From the human T2T-CHM13v2.0 reference genome, Homo sapiens: a DNA stretch of 64,000 nucleotides. This document shows, in pieces, positions 13,830 through 26,193 of this stretch. The stretch lies in NCBI RefSeq assembly GCF_009914755.1, contig NC_060938.1. One strand, 5' to 3'. The notes beneath the pieces were generated by a model. That model was given only the letters and a program-made list of their open reading frames with translations, was not told the origin of the DNA and searched no databases. The stretch's first letter is position 1, and every line of letters starts with the position of its first letter. Position numbers and translations under genes: made by a program.

Positions 13830-14346
13830 CAGCACCCCCTGTGTGCTAGGCAGTAGGGATAAAACAAAATTGGGGTGGGGGAACCCTGTCCTATTAGGAC
13901 ATAACGTACAGTGGATGGACAATAAAAGACAAGCAAAAACTAGAAAGTATATCACCTAGTGGTAAGTATTAGGGAGAAAAAATGTCTGACCATGGGGATA
14001 GAGAATGGTTCAGGGAGGAGATGAATATACTTTCTAAAGAGTCAGTCATGGAAATCCCACTGAGGACGTGACATTTGAGCAATGATCTGAAGGACATAAG
14101 GGAGTAGCTGTGATGATATCTGGGAGAAGAAAATTCCACATGGAGGGAAGAATAAGCCCTTGTTGAGGGCGTGCCTGTGGTGTCCAAGGAACAGAGTAGG
14201 GGCCAGAGAGTCTGGTATGGAGTGAGAGGGGGAAGAGTGGCAGGAAGTTAGGTCAAAGAGGTGACAAGGGCAGGAGGAGAAGACATGTCTGGTCTTGGGG
14301 CCACTGCAGGATGTTGGCTTTTACTCTGAGATGGAAGCCACTGCAG

Positions 14347-14386
<40 letters not shown>

Positions 14387-15010
14387 AGACGGAGTCTCGT
14401 TCTGTCGCCCAGGCTGGAGTGCAGTGGCGCGATCTCGGCTCACTGCAAGCTCCGCCTCCTGGGTTCACGGCATTCTCATGCCTCAGCCTCCCACCACTGT
14501 AGGCTGTGGCACAGTCTCCTTTCAAATCCTGCAGTAGCTGGGACTATAGGCGCCCGCCACCACGCCTGGCTAATTTTTTATATTTTTAGTAGAGACAAGT
14601 TTCACCTTGTTAGCCAGGATGGTCTTGATCTCCCGACCTCGTGATCCGCCCTCCTCGGCCTCCCAAAGTGCTGGGATTACAGGCGTGAGCCACCGTGCCC
14701 GGCCCGCCACTGCAGAGTTTTAAGCAAGGGACCACCATGATCTGATTAATTTTTAAAACGATTACCCTTGGCTTCTTTGTTAAGAACAAACCATTAGGGC
14801 ACAGGGTGGAAGGAAGAGACCAATTAGAAGGATGATGGTGGTTTTCTTCAGAAAAGTAGCCAAGATCATGGTGGGAAGTGGTCAGATATTGGATCTGTCT
14901 CTAAAGGTAGATTCAATAGATGTTGCTGATGGGTTGGATGTGTGCTTTGAGAGAAAGAGAGGAGTCAAGGATGGCACCAGGACATCCGGAGTGAGCGAAT
15001 AGTAGGATAA
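13830..15010 (-). mobile_element. L2 LINE fragments interrupted by an AluY
   Basis: Antisense L2-like motifs: gtgacatttgagca, ggcttttactctgag, gagaggagtcaaggatg. Confidence 0.65.
14349..14704 (-). mobile_element. AluY with a long pure poly(A) tail and a 42-nt internal foreign insertion
   Basis: Y diagnostics (cactgcaagctccgcc, ttagccaggatggtc, acctcgtgatccg), a pure T tract of about 37 nt, and TSD gccactgcaga on both sides. Confidence 0.95.
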
Positions 15011-15968
15011 AGTTGTCTCTCCATTTCTACGTTTTCCCTTAATCTGGACAACTAATTAGAGTGAAGATCTGTAGATGTCTTCTCTAAAGTGTCATCACGT
15101 GTCACTTGTTTTCTTCCCTAGTTCAGGCCTTTTTCTCAGTCATCAAAAGTCTGTATCTCAGAGTGCTAGTTCCACCAGCTACATAACGGAAAAGTGGTTC
15201 AGTATTCAACTCAGTTGGAAAATGCTGTATTTCTGTCTCTTTTGTAGGTTTGGCATAAAGGCTCTGAGAAAAAATGCAACAAAACACATCTGTTTTACTT
15301 CATTCAATTTAGTATATCCTTTCTTTCTTTGACTTGAAATATCTTTGATTCACTTATCTTCTATTTATATCCCCGAAAAATTTAAGATACATGTTGGGAA
15401 ATGTTGAAATAAAACAACCCCACCTCCAGGACATCCTCTAAGCCTCCTGTTAACTGTTACCACATTAATTTCTCTAAAATACACTTTTGCCATATCATTT
15501 TATCCTCGAAAGTCACATGGCTGTCCCCTTGTCTATAGGGTGAACTCTAGACTGTCTAACTCCACATTCACTCAGCATTGTTCATAGTTCAGTCCTGATG
15601 CCTTCCACGTGCGATCCTAGTGCTCTGGTGCTCTCAATGGCCTCCAAAGCCTCTAGACATGTACTCTCACAACTTCTCCACTTAAATAATTTCTACTCAT
15701 TAGCATTGCCCAGTGCAAGGGCTGTTTCTTCTAGGCAACTTCCCGTGACCACTGCAGGCTGTGGCACAGTCTCTTTTCAAATCCTGCAGCATACAGTGAT
15801 CATGTTATTCATGTGCTTCTTAACATATATTACTGTGTGCTAATGTTAACACTTAAATTGTGTACCTTTGCTTCAAAATGTATTCCTTTGAAAGCAACAA
15901 TTATCTCTTGTTCTTCTTTGTATCACCTATGAAACCTAACACAGCAACTTATATAAAATACATGTTTA

Positions 15969-16288
<320 letters not shown>

Positions 16289-17211
16289 ATATATATTTGC
16301 TGATTGATTTTAGTAATTTTGAAGCAAGCTACCTTGAATGCGTTGTAGGAGTATAGTAACAGGATTTGCCATTTTCCAGTTTTATTATGCCATTATGCTA
16401 CATATTTGCCCTCATTGTGACTCATGCTATTCTATTCCGTATCCTGGTGGGCTTGCATGGATTTCTGTGATACATTTATTCTCATAGCATGCTGGTAACG
16501 TCATGACCAGAGTAGACTTGAGTGTGAAGAACTTGGGGCCTTAGCAACTTAAGACAGTGGGAAATAAGAAAAATTGAAACCAGGAAAGAACAGATTGCTG
16601 GGAAAATTGAGTCAGTTGTAAGCCTTATCTTTAAGGGAAGAGCAGTCAGTATATATGGTGTCTATGAGGCTTGGCACCTGTGGGCTTTTCTCCCTCACCT
16701 ATGGTGTGCTTGAGGGAGGTGTATCCCAGGAGAACCTGCAGCAGAGTGCTCCTGGGGAGCAGATGAGCTGCCCTCTCACAGCTGGGGGATCCATCTGTTC
16801 AGAGCAGTGTATACGCCAAGACCAAGGGATGTAGGAAACAGAATTCAGCTTCCTACGGAGGGACTTGCAGGTGTTAGACATGGCATCTCAGAGAAGCAGG
16901 CCAGTCTACTGTGCTAATGAGGACCTGGATGCTCAGCAGAACTTCCGGATGCACAAACGGAACCATCAGCGGTGGGTAAGTGGGCGACTGACAAGGCTCA
17001 GAGCTTATCAGAGGGAGTAATTCATTTTCTAGCCTTTGGAGTCACCAAAGGAAGTGTACCACTTGCAACTTTCCCTAAGACTCAGTTCTCTCCTTTCATT
17101 AAACTAGGGAACTTAATGCCTACCTTGGAGGGTTGTTGTATAAACTGAATGATATAATGTAAATAATGTGCCTTGTGCTGGGCACATAGTACATCCTTAA
17201 ATGTCTCTATT

Positions 17212-17346
17212 GCTGGGTGCAGTGGCTCATGCCTGTAATTCTAGCAGTTTGGGAAGTGAGGTAGGAGGATTGCTTGAGCCTAGGATTTCAAGACCAGCCT
17301 GGGCAACATAGGGAGACTCCATCTCTACAATATAAAATAAAAAAAA
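17212..17346 (+). mobile_element. Free left Alu monomer (FLAM_C-like), inserted next to a MIR remnant
   Basis: Single monomer with ggattgcttgagcc, an A-rich tail, and TSD aaatgtctctatt/aaatgtttctgtt. Confidence 0.85.
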
Positions 17347-17589
17347 TGTTTCTGTTCATTCTGTATATCTACCCATTGGAGTACCAAAATTCCTATGTTG
17401 ATCAGTATTAGTCAGAAAATGGGTGAACTGAGCCTGTGGTTAAAATATATCAGTCAATAACAAGGGCTATATAGGCCTGGGGAAGGTAGGGTAGGGAAGT
17501 AATATGGCTAGCTGGGCCCAGCATGATCACTACATCTATTGAAACCAAGCAAATGAAAATAAGTGAGCTAAAAGGGCAGCCAGAAGACA

Positions 17590-17780
17590 GTAATAATACA
17601 TGATAACACTAGTAACAAGCATTTTAGTGCTTACTAAGGGACAGGTAGTGCTCTAAGCACTTTACTTTCTCCAGTAAATCTACAGGGTAATACTGTCATA
17701 TCCCCATTTATAGATGTGACACTGAGCTATTGGAAGGTTGGGTTATGCAGCTAATAAGTAACACAGCTGGGATTCAGAAC
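17590..17780 (-). mobile_element. MIR SINE remnant
   Basis: MIR core ccccatttatagatg...actgag with flanking gtgctctaagcactttac. Confidence 0.65.
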
Positions 17781-17849
17781 AGCAAGAAAGCTCTGATGCT
17801 TTTGAATTTTGGACACTAGAAGAAAAGACTAGAATAGATGTTTACAGCT

Positions 17850-18030
17850 TCTTTGGACTAGGCCAGACTTGCTGCATCAGAATCATCCAGAAGTCTTTTT
17901 AGAAACACCAGTTCTCAAGCCTTATCCCTGGAGGTTGTAACCCAAAAGGTTTTGGTGGTTTCAGAAGTCAGCTTTTAGAAGGCTGCCAAGGTGATTCTGA
18001 AAAGCAGCTGCACTCGGGAGCCCCTGAGCC
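17850..18030. mobile_element. Degenerate MER5-type hAT element
   Basis: Motifs gctgcatcagaatca and ccaaggtgattctga. Confidence 0.55.
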
Positions 18031-18728
18031 ACATAGTTTCCAAGCTAGTGTCCAGGTCACCTCCTTTATTCCCAGTTTGTAATTTAGAAAAGCAGGCTAT
18101 GAGCTTGAGATTTGCTGAGATTGAAATAATAATTTATTTTAGCGCTGGTTAGTTTCCAGATTTAGAGCCTACAGACTGCATTCTAGTGCTTTCCGTGGAG
18201 GCAGTGCAGTGGTGCCTGAGGATCTCACAGGCAGCAGGGCCACTGGCTGACCACTGGATGGCATCCCTGGCCTTCCTTTTCTTGCAAGATTCCTGCTTAG
18301 AATTCACAGCTCTTGTTAGAGTGCTCCTATGGCCTCTTGCCAGTGTCTGTTCTTACAACAATGAAATACAATCAGTGGATCCCACCAAGCCCCTTGACCA
18401 GCAGGGGTGTGATTTCAGACCCAGGTAGGCCCTGTGTGAATGTACAGAACAGGAACTTTTTAACGTGAAGGGAGGTTTTTCATTTACAAAAATAGCCTCC
18501 CCCTATCTCATTCTGGAATATGTTTATAGATTATGCTTTTAGTGATGGAGGATGACAATGCAAAAGAGAAGTCCAGGAGAGGTGATCAAATAAAGATTTT
18601 CAGCAATGAAAATCTCTGAACCTATAATGTTCAAATCCTGTCTCCTATAGGAAAATAAAATTTGTTTATATCTGATTTTAGAAGCAATTGTGTTCTGTGA
18701 ATAAGGATATTTATTTGTTTTTTATTTA

Positions 18729-18742
18729 CTGCCCTCTAGTGG
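18729..18742 (-). promoter_or_regulatory. Consensus CTCF site
   Basis: Minus strand reads CCACTAGAGGGCAG, a perfect core match. Confidence 0.6.
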
Positions 18743-19057
18743 AAACACATTAGAAATTTAATTTACTTAAGATTTTCAAGATAGAGTACGGCCGACTCCA
18801 GTAGGGATGTCTCTAAGACACAGAGTTCTGGGAAGTTAAATGAGTTTCTCATTAAAAAGATATTTTGAGACCAGGTCAATTGCTTTTCTCAGACAAACAT
18901 TAAGCAGAATCTATCATTTAGTTTACATTTTTTACACCATTTATATGATCATAGGTCACAAAAAAGCTTGACCATAGAAAGATTGGACATTGAAATGTGC
19001 TTTTTAGAAACATGTATTCATGCTGTCCAGGCTTTTTCATTTCATTTAAATATGTGC

Positions 19058-19305
19058 TTAGTGAATATGCAGGGGCTTTTAAGTTATGTTGTATTTCTGA
19101 CCTTTGCTTTTCCCCCTTACTGTTCTCATATTTTATTGAATGTTTAGCTTTCTTACAAAGTCCAAAATACTCTTTCCTGGGCAGCTTTGCTTTACTGGAA
19201 GATACTATGCTCCTGCTGGTCTTTCTTTGAGTTTGTCATGCTGACAGGCTGTAATTCTTATTAGAGTTTTGTTAATGTACTAGAAGGAAGGCCAAACCTG
19301 ATTCT
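19058..19305 (+). repeat. Copy 1 of a 248-bp dispersed direct duplication
   Basis: Gap-free match to 19918-20165 with about 15 substitutions by manual count (about 94% identity). Confidence 0.95.
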
Positions 19306-19917
19306 TGGAATTGAACCTCAGTCTTGCCATGGAGATACTTGGCTACATTCTGGATTCAGAGGAAATCTCAGCTCTCAGGACTGCTCCATATATTGGTGGG
19401 TACAGAGAGCTGGACAGCTCCCAGGTCTGCTGTCCATGCAACATTTTATAGTCTGCAGTTTCTTTAGTTGATGTTTTCAATTCCAGAATAACAACAGAGA
19501 GAGCACCTAGCAACCAAGGGGAAATATTTAATCCCTCACCTTTTCTCTTCCTTAAAAAAATATTAAATTTTCTTGCCTTACCTTTCCTCTCTCTTTCTAT
19601 TGCTGGGAATTTTACTTATTGCATTAGACTGCATACACATGCATGCTATAAAAACTAATCTTATTTGCTATCCCCTTAAAAATATAATCAACGACCCCTT
19701 TGCAATACCCAACACAATCAAATCACAATACAAACCATCCTATAGATTTCCTAGAGGATAAAGCGTCATTGGTTGTGTGTCTATTTCCTGCTGTGTCTTA
19801 TTTTAAGCTCCCTGAAGCTGAACACAGTCTCATTTCCATCTTTGCGAGGGTACTAGCTTACCTCGTGTAACGTCTAGATGTGGTCACTTGGATTGCGTCT
19901 CTGTAGACATTTCTAGA

Positions 19918-20165
19918 TTAGTGAATATGCAGGGGCTTTTAAATTATGTTGTGTTTCTGACCTTTGCTTTTCCCCCTTACTCTTCTCATATTTTATTAAA
20001 TTTTTAGCTTTCTTACACAGTCCAAAATACTCTTTCCTGGGCATATTTGCTTTACTGGAAGGTAATATGCTCCTGCTGGTCTTTCTTTGAGTTTGCCATG
20101 CTGACAGGCTGTAGCTCTTACTAGAGTTTTGTTAATGCACTAGAAGGAAGGCCAAACCTGATTCT
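19918..20165 (+). repeat. Copy 2 of the 248-bp dispersed direct duplication
   Basis: Same ends as 19058-19305: ttagtgaatatgcagggg...gccaaacctgattct. Confidence 0.95.
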
Positions 20166-23100
20166 GTCAGATAACATTAGAAAAGCCACAACATTTTGTA
20201 TCGTAATGGGTATCGTTCAAACGTATTTGAAGGTTCAGAAACTTTGATACCAATTAAATAGAATGCTTGTTGAGGTTCTTGTGCCATGTAAGGTGTAATA
20301 GAAGAGGCCTTGTATAAGATAATTAACAAGAATTATTGAGCACTTGCTATGAGCCAGACACTGTTCTCACTTAGTTCTCACCACCATCCTTTGAGGCGAG
20401 GATGTTGAAAGAAGTTTTACCTTTATTGTGGTTCATGGAAGACATATAATACAGAAAATCAAGACTATCTTGCACAAGGAAAAACGACAATGAGCCTCTC
20501 GGTTAGATGCCCATGGGGTGCCAGACTGTGGCCCTCCCATCTGTAGGCTTCGACATTTTGAACAAGGAATACCTGAGAGTAGATCTGAAGGTGACTCACA
20601 TTTGCCATATTTGGGTACAGTTTTATGTACATCTGCACACAATGAATGTCAAGTAATGATTATCTGTTTCACTTTGGCTCACCTGTCACCTTCCTTGAAA
20701 CGAACTCTATGGGAAGCGGTGGTGCAGTGAGTCTGAGATTAGATCTGGAGGGAGTTTGATGATGTAGAAATGTTAAGGACACTTTGGGTCCCTTCATCCA
20801 GCAGGAAGTGAGTCTTACCAACTCTGTCTGTCTCAGACAGTGCTCGAATGAGAACTACAAATGTTTGTTCCTGCTACTCTTCTTTTAATTTCTGTCATAC
20901 TTACAAGCCTCCTGCTGTTCACATGATCTTTCTTCAATTGTGGTTTAATGGAATTGCTTAGTTTTGTGCTTAACTAAATTAGAATCTCATTTTAACCTCA
21001 CCTCACCTCCTTCTGATTCTCTCCAATCATTTAAGTTGAATTTTTGGATGTTCCCTGATTCATTGTCACACATTTAGGCAATCTTTGTATCTGTTCCCTG
21101 GATGACTGACCATAATTCTCATGTGGGGGATTTTGCTATTATTTTTAAACTATCATTGGAAAACTATATTTTTAAATTCTTAGGAGACAACTTGTAGTAT
21201 ATACCACGTACAAACAATAGGACTGTTATGCTATGCTGTTTCCTTTCTCATGTTCTTATTAAAAGATAATGACTCCTTTAAAAAAGAACAGGCTGTATTC
21301 AGAGCAGTTTAATACTGCTATGTTCCAGAAACCTGGCAGAATCATTAATAAGGAAACCAGTTGTGTGTAGATTTAAATTAATCAGCAAGCATCTAGCAGC
21401 TAGTAACCTAAGGGGAGGGGAAATCTTTCTCCTTGAAAAGAGAAAATATACTCCCTTCTCATTGAGAAAACACACACAAGCACACAAGTGTGTGCACACA
21501 CACATTTATGGAGAAACGGACATATGGTGTGACCATAATCTTTTCTCCTTCGTGGTTTCTGTCACACTGTATGAAAGAAAAAGTTTAATTCTTTAAAAGA
21601 TGCACTGCACTCCCAGGAGAATGATTTCCTGAGGGATGGAGCAATCATGCTGGCTTATATTCACCATTGTGAAGAGACTTATTGGATGTCAACTCCAGTA
21701 GCACAGGGAGCCACATTCACGGTTCCACGTCAAATTAGGTAAGAACAGAGATGCAGACGTAGGGAAGAGAAAGCATGGAACAGGCTGCAGGCAAATTAGG
21801 GCTTTCCTATCACCAAAACCACTGGCAAGGCCCTTTCTTGGAGTCTGGATTGATGATAGCTGAGATTAATTCTAACTCAGAAATTTTGTCTCTCTCTTTA
21901 ATAAAGGCATATAAAAACCAAGAGCAATGAACAAATGGGAGTTTGACACTTGACAAAGTTGTTTAAGGCTGTAAATGTTTGAATAAATTCCATAAGAGCT
22001 AAAAGAGATTTAAAATAAATTGGAAAGCTGTTTATTTTGAGCTAAGCTATCATTAATTGAGAATTGAGGCACCCAATTTACCTCTTTACATTGTGATGTA
22101 TCATTTAACCATACTACTTCTTTATATTAATGCTTAGTTGTTAATATACTCCAGTTTTTGTTTTGAAGGAATAATTTAGTTGAAAAACATGTGGATATCT
22201 CTTTGACATTAGTAATTTGATACTTATGGGAAAATTTTTTACATGAAACAGAAGGACTTCACGCAATGGATAAAACATTGAACCATGTTCCAAGAGCCTG
22301 CATTCCAAAACCACCTCTACCCCTTACAAGAAAGTTTACTTGGGACAAATCTTCCTCCTTGAGCCTCAGTTTATCATGAGTAAGACTAGTATAAGGAAAA
22401 GACCCCACCTTATCTGAGCCATAAGGTGATTTTAATTATCGAATACAGTTAAATCAATTTAGAAGTGCTAGGGAAGTTAGGAATTACCATAAAAATTTAG
22501 TTATTGTATCTTGAATTTTTGTTTTGTTTTGTTTTTTTTGTTAGTGAATTCATAGCTCTGTTATCACCTCTGTGATCTTAAGAGAAGCTGCTTCCATTCA
22601 AAGGACCTTAGTTCTTCCATCCATTAAATAAAAAGACAGGACATGGCGGCCATTTCGTGAGCTCTGGCCGTGAGGCAGGAGACTTGCTAGCTGTGATGTT
22701 TACACTGTGCTCCATTGCACCCTAGTTCAGCACTACCTGGAGAAAGACGTTGGTACCCTGTGTTCACTAGAATAGTTCCACCTTTATCTGATTTAATTGG
22801 TCTTCTAAATAAGCTTTTCTTTACTGAAATTCTTCTCCAGCTAAGCAGAAAAATAATATTTAGGAACCACTGGATTAGATAATCTATTATTTCATTTCAC
22901 AAGTCCACAGTTGTATTTCTATTATCATTTTTGCCATTGTTGTTAATACTACAGCACAGACATCACCCACACTGGTGGCAGCACATCTGAAGAGCAGTCA
23001 TAGAACTTGAAAGAAAATGTCAGATCTTGGAAAGCTGGCTTGTTTTGCAAATCTAAATAAGCAGAATGGTAGAAAACATCCCAAGCCTTTATTTAGGTCT

Positions 23101-23364
23101 GTTTTACTAATCGTGGGCCACTACTTGAGTGAGAAGGTGTGTGTGGATTAGCATGCCCTGACTACTCTGGGTCTGCTGGTGACACGGTCACATTAAAGGA
23201 AATAATGCTTTCATTAAGGTACAAGCTCCTTCCTTCCTCAGGTGGCACTGACACATTCTCTAACACTTGCTCCTTTTACTGACTCTGTATGATGCCAATA
23301 TCCTGATGCTCCACCTTTTTAAACTAGCAAGACATCTGATCTCTTTTGAAGATATTGACTTACT

Positions 23365-23687
23365 GGCCAGGCACGGTGGCTCACGCCTGTAATCTCAGCA
23401 CTCTGGGAGGCTAAAGTGGGTGGATCACTTGAGGCCAGGAGTTTGAGACCAGTCTGATCAACATGGTGGAAACCCATCTGTACTAGAAATACAAAAATTA
23501 GCCAGGCGTGGCGGTGGGCACCTATAATTCCACCTGAGACATGAGAAGTGCTTGAGCCTAGGAGGTGGAGGTTGCATTGAGCCGAGTTCGCACCACTGCT
23601 CTCCAGCCTGGGTGACAGAGCCAGAGCTAGACTCAGGTTCTCAGATTCTGTCTCAAAAAAAAAAAAGAAGAAAAGAAAAGAAAAAAA
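23365..23687 (+). mobile_element. Alu (old S/J) with a small internal deletion and an insertion of about 20 nt
   Basis: Dimer with an A/GAAAA tail and a degenerate TSD aagatattgactta/aaggtactgactta. Confidence 0.9.
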
Positions 23688-23934
23688 GGTACTGACTTAT
23701 GTTTGTACATTTATAAAACAGAAAAGCTAATTGTGGATAAAATATTCCACAAATAAATGACAAGTTTGTGGATAGAGCCTGGTGGTAAAAGTAGGTAGAA
23801 ATGTGACAAAAGGAATATTTACATCAAGTCTTATGTGATATGTGATTAATCTCATACCAACTTTCTTAACCAAAAAACAGCTGAGATAAGAGCCTCACGT
23901 TTTTAGGGCCATACTTAAACAAAAGCTCACTTTA

Positions 23935-24185
23935 TGTCTCTCTCTCTGTCTCTATACCTATAGATATTTATATATATAGACATCTAGATTCATTTATTAA
24001 TATCTGTAGCTATTTATATGTCTAGATATCTCTATGTGGAGTAGATCTATATATTTAGATAGATATATCTATATGGACGTATACTAGCTCTATCCCTCTC
24101 TCTCTCTATATATATATGTATGTATTTATATCCATACTATATATCCTTATTTATAGAGAGGCAGATAGAAAGGTAGATAGATATA
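23935..24185. repeat. (TC)n/(TA)n/(TAGA)n low-complexity microsatellite region
   Basis: Visible degenerate di- and tetranucleotide repeats. Confidence 0.75.
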
Positions 24186-25828
24186 GCTTGGGTTAAAATA
24201 ATGGCAAGGCTGTTGGGGATTGAAATATATCTACCTATATAAATAAAAGGTAAAACAGTATAAGCTTAAAGAGTAAAACTGAACATATTACTACTCATTT
24301 TGGCCATATATTCTCAAACCATCAGCACCATTTCAGGTAGCATTAACTTTTTTCAGGTTAATTTCAGGTTAATTAAAAGATTCTTCAGATTCTTACAGAA
24401 TCCTCCAAGAGATGTTCAACTTTCAGACGGAGTTCTCTTTTTCCCCTTTAAGGGGGAATTTACCTACATGTGATGTTCCTTGTGGTTTTTTCCTTCAGAT
24501 TATTGTTCTCCATCATGTTTACTGCTTCTGATCCTCTAATTTCACAAAGTTTTCCTCAGGCTGTTGTAGACAAAAATGACAAGCCTGACACTAATCTTAT
24601 CAGTAATGATTTAGCTATTGTGTTCATCTGAACCACAAAGAACATAAATACTCTAAACATTTAAACTGCATTTGATTTTTTAAAATATTACTATTCCATA
24701 CAGTATAGCCCTGTCATACTATATTGAAGGTCTTTAATACAGTTTTAATGCAAAAAGACATTAAACACAAGTTAAAATAATGGCAAAACAGGTGTTGACA
24801 TTCTCTGGTTTATTATGTTCGAATCACTCTTCTTCAGTCCAGTATAACCTATGAGGCTGACATGGTAGTTATTTAAGATTACTTCTTAGTGGCTCTTGTC
24901 CTAGACTTGCAATATCTATTAAAAATCTTAATGAGGGGATTAAAAACCTTTTTGGCAAAGGTAAATAATACAGACTCTTTTATTAAAATGGATAATCTGA
25001 AATGAAATTTGAAGCTGGGATAACAACAGTGAGTAGGCTAGTGATTTAGCTCCTCTAAAAGACAAGCTTCCACCATTTCATTATGGAGTCTAGAAATTTG
25101 GCCCTAGACTATTTTTTAAAAAATGGGCCAATTTCATTGCATGGAGGGTTATTGACATATGTATCCCTTTAAGAAAATAACATCTCCTGTGTGCTCTGTG
25201 ATGAGATTTCACATTAAAATCTTGTTTCTTATGTTGCTAAGGTTTTGAGACTTAATGAACTTGAAGTGCATATTTAAAAAGGTAATTAATGCTCAATAAT
25301 TTTTATTTTCTTGTTGATTTTATTTTTAAAAAGGATCTTAAACTGCATAGCATGAAAAACAAGGCAGATGCAAGAAAAGCTCTGAATGGAACCAGTTTGA
25401 GTCAATATGTGTGTGTGTGAACACATGCACACATATAAAATATACCTATATAAATAGTTTAATACAAATAGAATGATATTTTATATGTTGTTTTTAACTT
25501 GATTTGTATCATTATTTTATAGATTCTTCACATGCCAATAAAAAGAATACCACACCATTTTTGTCTTTTACATATTAAATATCCAATAAGTATGTTTTAA
25601 AGAAATTTATAGTGGTAGAATATATATTCAGTGGCCTGCATGATTTGACATTGTTATATCTTAAAAGAAAAATAGGAGTGTGTGTAGAATATGTGGCCTC
25701 CAATATTCTAGAATACAGGTGTTAAAAATGGACATATGTGTGTTAAATATATAATATGTGTGTGTGTATATATATAATCACTGATATAAATAAAAACTGG
25801 TATCTATCTATCTACCTACCTACTTACC

Positions 25829-26193
25829 TTCTGAAATAGTCATTAGTATGGAAGAATGCTGAAGGATGCTTCAAAAATGTAGAAGGATCACGTGTAATTA
25901 TATATAATATATATAAATATATATAAAGTTTTTATTAATATCAATGATATATTTAGATTTTTAAAAATCTGATATATATGATATAATTATCATGTATATA
26001 TTTTATGATTTTTGACTTATATGATTCATATAAAATGATAATATATTTATAAATCACATAAAATGATTTATATGATGCATATAAAATAATAAATTTATGA
26101 ATCACATAAAATGATTTATATAATTCATATAAAATCCTTCCAAATCTTTGTAGCATCCTTCAGCATTCTTTCATACTAATGACTATTTTGGAA
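25829..26193. repeat. 60-bp inverted repeat flanking an AT-rich tandemly repetitive core
   Basis: Arm 25829-25888 matches the reverse complement of 26134-26193 at 53/60 by manual count. Confidence 0.9.

Noticed and set aside
14253-14644. Poly-K/poly-F ORFs, also at 3989-4258, 16029-16235, 54501-54992 and 55692-56394
   Set aside because: They are Alu-derived reading frames.
23731-23752. Short hairpin ttgtgga-N8-tccacaa
   Set aside because: A 7-bp stem is expected by chance in 64 kb.
25953-26156. Y/K/I-rich repetitive ORF
   Set aside because: It is the translation of the AT-rich tandem core.
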